DNA of 64,000 nucleotides from a virus, in the IMG/VR virus record IMGVR_UViG_3300025168_000039, positions 1-64,000 of that record; one strand, written 5' to 3'. How positions within the stretch are numbered: the stretch's first letter is position 1; each line of letters starts with the position of its first letter. This document shows positions 27,240 to 35,082 of the stretch, piece after piece. Below the pieces are notes generated by a model. It did not search any database, was not told where the DNA came from, and saw only the letters and a list, made by a program, of their open reading frames with translations. The position numbers were made by a program, and so were the translations under genes.

Positions 27240-27413
27240 ATGACAACCACCTGTTTTCTAGCGGTGATGACGACGGCGGCTATATGTTACGCAGTAGGTT
27301 CGGCTGTTGGGTGGCACATAAGAAAGTCCGTGGTTCCTGATAGAAAGAAGACTACCGTGAAGCGAGAGCAAAAGGGTAAGGCAAGCGCCATGAAGAAAGC
27401 AGGACTAAGATAA
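27240..27413 (+). CDS. 57-aa membrane peptide with basic tail
   Basis: MTTTCFLAV...AVGWHIRKSVVP...; homolog of 47199..47360. Confidence 0.7.
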   Translation: MTTTCFLAVMTTAAICYAVGSAVGWHIRKSVVPDRKKTTVKREQKGKASAMKKAGLR

Positions 27414-27414
27414 A

Positions 27415-27633
27415 ATGAAGAACGAAGATGACGACAAAGTAAAAGCTTTCGTGAAGCGAGACATAACTCACGATACCTTTGAGGTTATGTACAACAACTT
27501 CTTAACCTATGGAATACTTTTCCCTGAGTTAGCGGGAAGAGAACAGAACATCTTGATGGCTTTAGCAGATAGATATAGCGATGCTATTTATGAAATAGTT
27601 ATGAAGAATAGGAAGGATAATAACGAATGCTAG
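27415..27633 (+). CDS. Hypothetical protein
   Basis: ORF track; operon packing. Confidence 0.55.
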   Translation: MKNEDDDKVKAFVKRDITHDTFEVMYNNFLTYGILFPELAGREQNILMALADRYSDAIYEIVMKNRKDNNEC

Positions 27634-27777
27634 ATATACCATATGAAATCTGGGAAGAAACTTATAAAAGAAACATAAGACCTTTACCAATATGGTGGAG
27701 TAGCGAAGAGAATAAAAGAAAAGAGTACGAAGCATTCACAAGGTTCTGTGTAACAGGAAAGGTAGAGAAAAAATATT

Positions 27778-28068
27778 ATGATAAAAGTTAACAAAGAAAA
27801 TATAAACTTTTCAACAGAACATAAAGAACAGGTTACAGCATACATCGAACATACACCCAGTTATGAGAGAAAAGAAGTATGCTCCCGAATATTTTGGAAG
27901 GAAGAAGAGGAGAAATTAAAGAGAGAGTTTATCGCATCCATGATAAATTTAGTAGTGGATACTAGAGATAACATTATCATAACTCGTTGCCCAGTTACCG
28001 GAGAGACTGCAGATAGAGGCAAAGAGATAACCATTTATTCTTGGATAGGAAAAGGATTAAAGAAATGA
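27778..28068 (+). CDS. Hypothetical protein
   Basis: ORF track; operon packing. Confidence 0.55.
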   Translation: MIKVNKENINFSTEHKEQVTAYIEHTPSYERKEVCSRIFWKEEEEKLKREFIASMINLVVDTRDNIIITRCPVTGETADRGKEITIYSWIGKGLKK

Positions 28069-28418
28069 AGAAGCTTATAATTTTAACTTTGTTAGTTACA
28101 ACTGCTAGTGGTTGTGCGCCTTTGCTTTTGGCTGGTGGCGGGGCTGTCAGTATAAAGGGAGCCGTTAACGACACAGAACACAGCGACAAGTTGAGAAAAC
28201 ATTCGACAACACTTGACGATAACCTCTCAAAAGTAAAGGAACACTCTAAAACAATTAACAGCAACCTTTTGAAAACTAACGTAAATATAAAAGACATAAT
28301 GTCTTTACATAATAAAATAAAAATGTTAGAAGTTAAAATAATTAATTTACAAAAACCACTACCCGAAAAACCACAACCAACCCAAGTGATTGGAGGCAGC
28401 GACAATGTTGTACGGTAA
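28065..28418 (+). CDS. Lipoprotein with coiled coil
   Basis: MKKLIILTLLVTTASG|C lipobox; ATGA overlap with the upstream stop. Confidence 0.7.
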   Translation: MKKLIILTLLVTTASGCAPLLLAGGGAVSIKGAVNDTEHSDKLRKHSTTLDDNLSKVKEHSKTINSNLLKTNVNIKDIMSLHNKIKMLEVKIINLQKPLPEKPQPTQVIGGSDNVVR

Positions 28419-28464
28419 TCAGAACACACATCATGAATCAGCATTAAATGCAGGAGAAAGTAAT

Positions 28465-29352
28465 ATGTTAGATCATCTTACTACTACAAACGGTAGGGAA
28501 GTATTCTTTAAGGTTTATGAGCAAGACGTAGTAGGTGAAGCTACTGGCTGTGAAGCTTATAAGCATAAGATGTTAACGCGAGGTGACGGTATCTCTGGAG
28601 AGGATAGTTTTCTGTCTATAGTAAAGTCTAACTATAGGATAGTAGAGAACGAAGAAATACTTATGCCTCTACAAGAGCAGATGATTAATTACTTTGACCC
28701 TACAGTCCTGGCTGATGTTCAGATCAAAGACCACATTGCCAAAGATGGTGCTGTATGTTTCTCGGAGTATATCTTCCCTGGCGTAAAGAAACCTGTCGAG
28801 ACAGACACCGGACATAAAACAAATATGATGCTTCGATTTATTCTAAAGAATACTTTTAATGGATCATCCTCTGTTGTCTTTTATGGTGGGTTAATAGATG
28901 TTTTCTGCACCAACGGTATGATCTTAGGTGACTACGATGTGACTAGGCGTAAGCACACAAAGAACTTTACTATAGATGGTTTCATGAAAGCCTTTGATGA
29001 TTGCATGGTTAACTATAAAAATGTAGCAGATACATATCAAAAATGGGCTGACACTAAGATTAGTTACAAACATGACGTACCTCTCTTGTTTTCTAAACTC
29101 ACTAACAACCAAGACCCTAAGAAGAAAAATACTTTAGCGGATAGGTTGTATGCTCAATGCATAGATGAGGTTACTAATCGAGGTAATAATTTGTTTGCTG
29201 TAACGTCAGCCATGACACACTATGCTAGTCACAATGATAATAGGTTCCCATTGCGTAGCAACGCTGACAATGATAGCTTATTTAAGCGGCAAGAAACTGT
29301 ACGCAAATGGTTTAACTCTAAAACATTTGAGGAGTTTCTTGAAGCAGCATAA
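28465..29352 (+). CDS. DUF932-family phage/plasmid protein
   Basis: VKSNYRIVENEE, KNTFNGSSS, FCTNGM, RKHT; AGGAG RBS before 28465. Confidence 0.75.
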   Translation: MLDHLTTTNGREVFFKVYEQDVVGEATGCEAYKHKMLTRGDGISGEDSFLSIVKSNYRIVENEEILMPLQEQMINYFDPTVLADVQIKDHIAKDGAVCFSEYIFPGVKKPVETDTGHKTNMMLRFILKNTFNGSSSVVFYGGLIDVFCTNGMILGDYDVTRRKHTKNFTIDGFMKAFDDCMVNYKNVADTYQKWADTKISYKHDVPLLFSKLTNNQDPKKKNTLADRLYAQCIDEVTNRGNNLFAVTSAMTHYASHNDNRFPLRSNADNDSLFKRQETVRKWFNSKTFEEFLEAA

Positions 29353-29380
29353 TAACAATTAGATTAGAAAGGAAGTTGAA

Positions 29381-29569
29381 ATGGTTTATGATTATAAAAC
29401 CCATGAGGAAATTCCATCTTACATGAAGGATTATATTCTAGGTGTCGCTGACTGTGTTGCTATAGAGCAGTTAGACTTAGACGACATCAACGACTTTCTA
29501 AATGGTCTTGAGGAGTGGGCTAGTGATGATCAAGATTACATCCATACTACTCTGAGAACCATTCACTAG
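29381..29569 (+). CDS. Acidic hypothetical protein
   Basis: AAGGA RBS. Confidence 0.6.
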   Translation: MVYDYKTHEEIPSYMKDYILGVADCVAIEQLDLDDINDFLNGLEEWASDDQDYIHTTLRTIH

Positions 29570-29574
29570 TTGTC

Positions 29575-29610
29575 AGGGACAGGTTTATTTAAGTCAATAA
29601 GCCTGTCCCT
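29575..29610 (+). terminator. 15-bp stem-loop (terminator or RNase III/stability hairpin)
   Basis: AGGGACAGGTTTATT/AATAAGCCTGTCCCT; weak U tract. Confidence 0.5.
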
Positions 29611-29657
29611 TCTACCCACCTTCCCACTAGTACACATAAACACAATGGAGAGCCACC

Positions 29658-29978
29658 ATGAAAAAGATTAGAATTGGAGAGGAAGTTTTCTTAAAGTACG
29701 AAAGAGAGAATCATGATTGGAAACATGAGGGTAGTAAAGGTGCAGCAAATATTCCTTATATATCTTTATACAGAGATAACTTAGACCACCCACCATCTAG
29801 AGTAAGTAGTGTGTCTTTAAAGAAATTAATTCTTGGTTCTTTAAATTTAAAATCATTTAAAAGTATAAGTCAGAAAGAAATAGAAGATGTTATTAAAGAT
29901 TTAAAAAAGATACAAGAAGACTTAGAACGGTATCTTAGTGATGACTATCCTGAGTTTGGCTTCGGAGATAATACATAA
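29658..29978 (+). CDS. Hypothetical protein
   Basis: GGAG RBS. Confidence 0.6.
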   Translation: MKKIRIGEEVFLKYERENHDWKHEGSKGAANIPYISLYRDNLDHPPSRVSSVSLKKLILGSLNLKSFKSISQKEIEDVIKDLKKIQEDLERYLSDDYPEFGFGDNT

Positions 29979-30253
29979 TGAGTTATAATCTAAGCACAGT
30001 AATAAGAGACTTATCTCTCAGCGGTAAGGAGAATAAATTAATAGCCCCGGATAAAATTAAGACAGGGTTACTTAAAATAATGGAAGACGATAAGGAGAAC
30101 GATGCTTACATCATAGCAACCCTTAACGAAACACTAGATAAGGTAAACGATATTGTTTTTCTAAGCCTTGCACAAGAACAAAAGCTACACGACTTAGCTA
30201 CAAGAATACAAGTATTGAGAGATGAGGTGCTTAAAATTCATAGAGACAGGTAA
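29978..30253 (+). CDS. Hypothetical helical protein
   Basis: Weak similarity and synteny with 33490..33789. Confidence 0.6.
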   Translation: MSYNLSTVIRDLSLSGKENKLIAPDKIKTGLLKIMEDDKENDAYIIATLNETLDKVNDIVFLSLAQEQKLHDLATRIQVLRDEVLKIHRDR

Positions 30254-30258
30254 GTAAG

Positions 30259-30441
30259 ATGGATGAGAAATCAACTATAAAAATTTTGAAAGAGCAAATA
30301 TCACAGATGACTTCTGCTACTTACTCGCACTATAAAAGAATAGCAGAGTTAGTAGAAGAGAACGAATACCTAAGAAAGAGAGTAAATTATTTAGATAATA
30401 AACTAGAACAAATATCAGATAGGAGACTAAATGAAAGTTGA
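30259..30441 (+). CDS. Small coiled-coil protein
   Basis: RIAELVEEN matches RIKELVEEN of 33791..33976. Confidence 0.65.
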   Translation: MDEKSTIKILKEQISQMTSATYSHYKRIAELVEENEYLRKRVNYLDNKLEQISDRRLNES

Positions 30442-31168
30442 ACTTATAAATAAATTGGGAGATGATCTTACAGTTGTTGATGCGGCAAGGGTTTCTTTTG
30501 ACAAGCAGTCTGAGTGGAAGAAGGACATAAACTCTCCACCAACTGATAAAGAACTTTATGAGAAAGATATAAAGCTAATTAAATACTTAGCTAGACACGA
30601 CCACTTCACTCCATTCACTCATTGTTCTATAACTTTAAGAGAAACTGTACCTATATTTGTTGCGAGGCAAAGATTTAAACACACGGTCGGTTTTACTTAC
30701 AACGAAGTGAGTAGAAGATATGTGGATAGTGATCCTGAATTTTATTCTCCTGATATATGGAGGTTTAGGGCAGACAATATCAAGCAAGGTTCTGATAAAG
30801 AAGGTGTTTTAGATGAACGGTTAGATAGAAAGATTTGGTTTGTTGATGGGGTTTCTCGCGCCATAGATCAAACTACAAGCACTCCAAAAGAAATATACTA
30901 TACATGCATGAAAACTTACGAGGCATTGTTAGCATTAAATATCTGTCCTGAACAAGCGAGAATGGTTTTACCACAAGCAATGTATACAAGTTATTATGTT
31001 ACGGGTTCACTAGCTGCATTTGCTAGAGCATATAATCTACGAAGTGAAGACACGGCACAACAAGAAATTAAAGAGTTGGCTACAGAATGGGATAAAATAA
31101 TTAGCAAGTTGTTTCCTGAAAGCTGGGAAGCATTGACAAATAATAACAATAAAGAGGTAGTTAACTAA
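30431..31168 (+). CDS. thyX: FAD-dependent thymidylate synthase
   Basis: VVDAARVSF, HFTPF, ARQRFKH..YNEVSRRY, EQARMVLP, AQQEI. Confidence 0.92.
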   Translation: MKVELINKLGDDLTVVDAARVSFDKQSEWKKDINSPPTDKELYEKDIKLIKYLARHDHFTPFTHCSITLRETVPIFVARQRFKHTVGFTYNEVSRRYVDSDPEFYSPDIWRFRADNIKQGSDKEGVLDERLDRKIWFVDGVSRAIDQTTSTPKEIYYTCMKTYEALLALNICPEQARMVLPQAMYTSYYVTGSLAAFARAYNLRSEDTAQQEIKELATEWDKIISKLFPESWEALTNNNNKEVVN

Positions 31169-31314
31169 TGGCTACAAGAAAAACTAAAGAATTAAAAACT
31201 AAATCTGAAATGAAAAGACACATGAAAACAAGTATAGGTAATTCAATTAATACTAGTCCTAAAAGTAAACATAAAAAAAGGGATTGGAAAGCGTATCGTG
31301 GACAGGGAAAATGA
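31168..31314 (+). CDS. 48-aa basic peptide ending YRGQGK
   Basis: MATRKTKELK...RHMKTSIGNS...KAYRGQGK; GAGGT RBS; homolog of 43396..43545. Confidence 0.75.
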   Translation: MATRKTKELKTKSEMKRHMKTSIGNSINTSPKSKHKKRDWKAYRGQGK

Positions 31315-31490
31315 AACATCTGTGGGAAAAAGATAGAAAAACAATTTATAGAGAACTATTAGATTTATATCTTGATGAAGGCTATTCTAAAAAAGAAGCT
31401 AGACGATTAGCGACGGAGGAGACGGATGAAATAAAAGCTGGTGACTTTTCTTTTGTGTCTAACATCATGGATGAACAGGAAGATTGTTAA
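31311..31490 (+). CDS. Small conserved protein upstream of primase
   Basis: LWE..K..EGYS..EAR.LA..E.DE; homolog of 33984..34166. Confidence 0.7.
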   Translation: MKHLWEKDRKTIYRELLDLYLDEGYSKKEARRLATEETDEIKAGDFSFVSNIMDEQEDC

Positions 31491-31619
31491 GATTTTATAT
31501 ACAGCTCTCTCATACGTGAATAATTTTTTAAGCTATTGATTTTAATATATAAAAATAAATTATTGATTAAGTTTTTTAAATATGTTATTTAGTTATTCAC
31601 CACTAGCTAAGAGGAAAGC

Positions 31620-33287
31620 ATGGACAACGAAGAGAACGTATTGATTGAAGCACATAGGTCGTGCGATAGTTGCGGTTCATCAGATGCAAGAGCGTTGTAC
31701 TCTGATGGACATGAGTATTGTTTTAGTTGTCAAACAAGATTTGAAGGCGAAGGAGATTACCCTATCATGTCTAAACCTATCACCACTAATGTCACCCCAT
31801 TAAAATCTACTGAAGGAACAATAGCTTCAATACCTGATAGAAAGATAGCTTCTAACACTTGTAAAAAATACAATGTTAGAGTAGTTAAAGATCAAGAAGG
31901 TAATATAACAAAACATCGTTATCCTTATTATGATGTTAAAGGTAACCACATTGCTGACAAGGTTCGTATCGTAGAGACAAAAGACTTTCCAACAGAGCCG
32001 GTAGGAGCATTAGGTAAGGCTGTTCTGTTTGGTCAGAACCTTTTCAGTTCTGGTGGTAAATACGTTACAATTTGCGAAGGCGAGTTGGATGCCTTGTCTG
32101 CATTTGAAATGCTTGGAAGCAAATGGCCTGTGTTGTCTATCAAGAATGGTGTTCATTCTGCATTCAAAGATTGTAAGGCTAACTTAGAATACCTTTCAAA
32201 GTTTGATAATGTAGTCTTGTGTTTTGATGCGGATGACAAGGGAAAGAACGCATCACAACAAGTAGCCACACTGTTCGAGCCAAACACTTGCCGCATTGTT
32301 AACATGACTGATGGTAAGGATGCGTCCGAATACCTACAGGGTGGCAAGCGTGAACAGTTTTCCCAAGCATGGTGGAACGCCAAAGTCTACACCCCCGCCG
32401 GTATCCTTAATCTGGCTGACATGGGTGATGGCCTGTACGATGAAGGTGAGTACAAGACTTGTCTGTATCCATTCGAGGGTTTGAATGAGAAGCTGTATGG
32501 TATTCGTACAGGTGAGCTAGTAACATTCACGGCGGGTACAGGTACTGGTAAGTCCAGTGTCATGCGTGAACTTATGCATCATGTACTGAACAACACAGAA
32601 GAAAACATTGGCGTGATATCTTTGGAAGAGAATGTCAGGTCCACCATCTTCCACCTCATGTCAGTCGAGGCGAACGCTAGGCTGTACATTCGAGAGGTGC
32701 GTGACCAGTTTAGCATGAGTGACTTACGCACTTGGCAGGACGCAACGGTAGGCACTCGTAGATTCTTTGCCTTCGATCACTTTGGAAGCATGAAGACTGA
32801 TGAGATACTATCCCGTGTACGTTACATGGTGAAAGCGTTAGACTGTAAGTGGATATTCTTGGATCACTTATCAATCCTGGTGTCTGGTCTGGAAGGTGAT
32901 GATGAACGTAGGAACATTGATAATCTGATGACCAAGCTAAGATCGATTGTCGAGGAGACAAACGTAGCAATGCTTCTTGTCTCCCACCTACGCCGCGCAC
33001 AAGGCGACAACGGCCATGAGAATGGTAGAGAGGTTAGCTTGTCACACCTTAGAGGTAGCCAGAGCATAGCGCAGCTTAGTGATGCAGTGGTGGCTATGGA
33101 GCGTGACCAACAGTCTGATGATCCTAACATAGCCAACACAACAACCATCAGAGTATTGAAGAACAGGTATGCGGGAGATACAGGTGTAGCTTCTCACTTA
33201 TTCTTTAACAAAGATACGGGAAGGTTGACAGAGGTACACAATCTAGGTGATGATCCAGAAGGAGATAGTTCAGATAAAGAACTTTAA
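31620..33287 (+). CDS. T7 gp4-like primase-helicase (copy A)
   Basis: CDSCGSSD...YCFSC Zn finger, EGELD TOPRIM, AGTGTGKS, LDHL, LRGSQSIAQLSD, LKNR. Confidence 0.95.
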   Translation: MDNEENVLIEAHRSCDSCGSSDARALYSDGHEYCFSCQTRFEGEGDYPIMSKPITTNVTPLKSTEGTIASIPDRKIASNTCKKYNVRVVKDQEGNITKHRYPYYDVKGNHIADKVRIVETKDFPTEPVGALGKAVLFGQNLFSSGGKYVTICEGELDALSAFEMLGSKWPVLSIKNGVHSAFKDCKANLEYLSKFDNVVLCFDADDKGKNASQQVATLFEPNTCRIVNMTDGKDASEYLQGGKREQFSQAWWNAKVYTPAGILNLADMGDGLYDEGEYKTCLYPFEGLNEKLYGIRTGELVTFTAGTGTGKSSVMRELMHHVLNNTEENIGVISLEENVRSTIFHLMSVEANARLYIREVRDQFSMSDLRTWQDATVGTRRFFAFDHFGSMKTDEILSRVRYMVKALDCKWIFLDHLSILVSGLEGDDERRNIDNLMTKLRSIVEETNVAMLLVSHLRRAQGDNGHENGREVSLSHLRGSQSIAQLSDAVVAMERDQQSDDPNIANTTTIRVLKNRYAGDTGVASHLFFNKDTGRLTEVHNLGDDPEGDSSDKEL

Positions 33288-33305
33288 CTACATGGTGGAG
33301 TGACT

Positions 33306-33357
33306 ATGAAAAAAATAATTCATGTAAACATGCATGTCATTCGTAAAAATAAAAAGA
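33306..33357 (+). pseudogene. 5' fragment of a conserved phage gene, truncated at the junction
   Basis: GGAG RBS; MKKIIHVNMHVIRKNKK matches the IHVNxHxIxxN family start as recalled; the frame then loses resemblance and stops at 33428. Confidence 0.55.
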
Positions 33358-33483
33358 AAAGAGATGCGAAATGCAGGGAGCATTATTGTGTTTCCTTCTT
33401 TTATGTGGCATCAAATAACTCCAGTTAAGTACGGCGACAGATATTCTATTGTCTGTTGGTACAAAGGACCACAATTTATGTGA
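33358..33483 (+). pseudogene. 3' fragment of a 2OG-Fe(II) oxygenase
   Basis: KEMRNAGSIIVFPSFMWHQITPVKYGDRYSIVCWYKGPQFM*; upstream in-frame TAA at 33325, so the HxD half is missing. Confidence 0.8.
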
Positions 33484-33489
33484 GGGATT

Positions 33490-33789
33490 ATGTTACAGTC
33501 ATTAAAAAATATTACTAAGGATATTAAATTAAAAGAAAAAGAGTTAAGTGGACGACCTGTTGGGATATTCTTATCATCAGCAAAGAGTTCGGAGCTATTT
33601 AACGAACTAAATAAAATAGATGAGCGGTTAGAACAGGACTTAATCTATTATAGAAAAACAATTATAGATATATTAGATGATGTTAATTCTATTAAGTTTT
33701 TAAATTTAAATCAGGAACGGTCCTTAAATAAAGTAGCAACACAATTAAATGTTTTGTTTGACGAAATAACTGCATCGCAGGATTCATAA
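33490..33789 (+). CDS. Hypothetical helical protein
   Basis: Syntenic with 29978..30253. Confidence 0.6.
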   Translation: MLQSLKNITKDIKLKEKELSGRPVGIFLSSAKSSELFNELNKIDERLEQDLIYYRKTIIDILDDVNSIKFLNLNQERSLNKVATQLNVLFDEITASQDS

Positions 33790-33790
33790 A

Positions 33791-33976
33791 ATGGATGACT
33801 TAGATATTTTAAAAAGAAATGTACTTGAGTTGAATACACAATTATTTAATGCTAATATTAGAATTAAAGAGTTAGTAGAAGAGAATAATTATTGTAGATT
33901 AAAATTAGAAGTTACAGAAGATAGTTTAGAAAAACTATCACAACAAGCCTTGGGCTACCGACAAAAATTTAAATGA
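33791..33976 (+). CDS. Small coiled-coil protein
   Basis: Homolog of 30259..30441. Confidence 0.65.
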   Translation: MDDLDILKRNVLELNTQLFNANIRIKELVEENNYCRLKLEVTEDSLEKLSQQALGYRQKFK

Positions 33977-33983
33977 GATAGAC

Positions 33984-34166
33984 ATGTCTAAAAATTTATG
34001 GGAATCAGACTACAAAAATATTTTTAAGAAACTTACAAGAGAGTATCAACGAGAAGGATATTCTTTAAGAGAGGCTAGAAGCTTATCTAAAAGAGAAGCA
34101 GACGAATTGATGGCTGATAGAAAATATTTTGTTGATAACTTATTAGATAATGCAGAGGACCAATGA
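33984..34166 (+). CDS. Small conserved protein
   Basis: Homolog of 31311..31490. Confidence 0.7.
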   Translation: MSKNLWESDYKNIFKKLTREYQREGYSLREARSLSKREADELMADRKYFVDNLLDNAEDQ

Positions 34167-34861
34167 GTGTATCTTTAATATCTTATACAAACCCTGCAAA
34201 ATTAGAATTAAATTCTGAGTATTTACCCGCTCATTTAAATTTTCAAAAACTTATAACATTCTGTGCTAGGGTTTCTAACCCTAACAATCAAGATAACTCT
34301 GAGACTGGTGAAAAATTATTAAGTTATTTAATAAAACATCAACACTGGTCACCGTTTGAGATGGTTAATGTTTGTCTTGAGATAGAGACAACAAGAGATA
34401 TCGCACGACAAATACTACGGCATAGATCTTTTTCTTTTCAAGAGTTTAGTCAAAGATATGCTGATCCCGTAAAAGAATTAAACTTTGTAACAAGAGAAGC
34501 AAGGCTTCAAGACCGTACCAATAGGCAAAACTCTGTTGAGGTAGATGATGACCTGCTTAGAATAGAATGGGAATGGGCGCAGAAAAGAGTTCTCTGGGCT
34601 GTGAAAAAAGAGTATGAATGGGCTATTAAAAAAGGTATAGCCAAAGAACAGGCGAGAGCTATCCTGCCGGAAGGCTTAACGATGTCTCGTATGTATATGA
34701 ATGGAACCTTACGATCATGGATACATTACATTCAACTACGCACAGATAAGGCTACTCAAAAAGAACATAGAGAAATAGCGCTTGAATGTTTACAAAAATT
34801 GAGTATAATATTTCCATTGATTAAAACACTAGGAGATAGAGATGAAGCGAAGAACATATAA
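34163..34861 (+). CDS. thyX: FAD-dependent thymidylate synthase (second, different subtype)
   Basis: CARVSNP, HWSPFE, ARQILRHRSFSFQEFSQRY, TQKEHR. Confidence 0.95.
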   Translation: MSVSLISYTNPAKLELNSEYLPAHLNFQKLITFCARVSNPNNQDNSETGEKLLSYLIKHQHWSPFEMVNVCLEIETTRDIARQILRHRSFSFQEFSQRYADPVKELNFVTREARLQDRTNRQNSVEVDDDLLRIEWEWAQKRVLWAVKKEYEWAIKKGIAKEQARAILPEGLTMSRMYMNGTLRSWIHYIQLRTDKATQKEHREIALECLQKLSIIFPLIKTLGDRDEAKNI

Positions 34862-35000
34862 AATATGTTTTGATGGTAAAAAAACAAACATCTCCTTTGA
34901 AAATAGAAAGGAGGCAGAGGCTTTTATCAACGACAGAAAATCACTTCTTGTTGCTTTAAAGGCTGGGCCTAACAGTTATGCAATTGTAAGTACCAGATAA
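34842..35000 (+). CDS. 52-aa hypothetical protein
   Basis: MKRRTYKICFDGKK...; AGGAG RBS. Confidence 0.5.
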   Translation: MKRRTYKICFDGKKTNISFENRKEAEAFINDRKSLLVALKAGPNSYAIVSTR

Positions 35001-35082
35001 GATTTTAAAATTCCAGAACTAATTAAAAAACCTACAGTAAGTTCTTACGAACTGTAGGTTATTTAATTATAAGGAGAAATAC

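Larger units (their letters stand above)
1..33355. mobile_element. Phage genome segment A (podovirus-like: tail, head, packaging, early genes, thyX, primase-helicase)
   Basis: Continuous phage gene order with terL, portal, MCP and tail genes; no cellular housekeeping genes; ends in a truncated ORF at ~33355. Confidence 0.85.
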
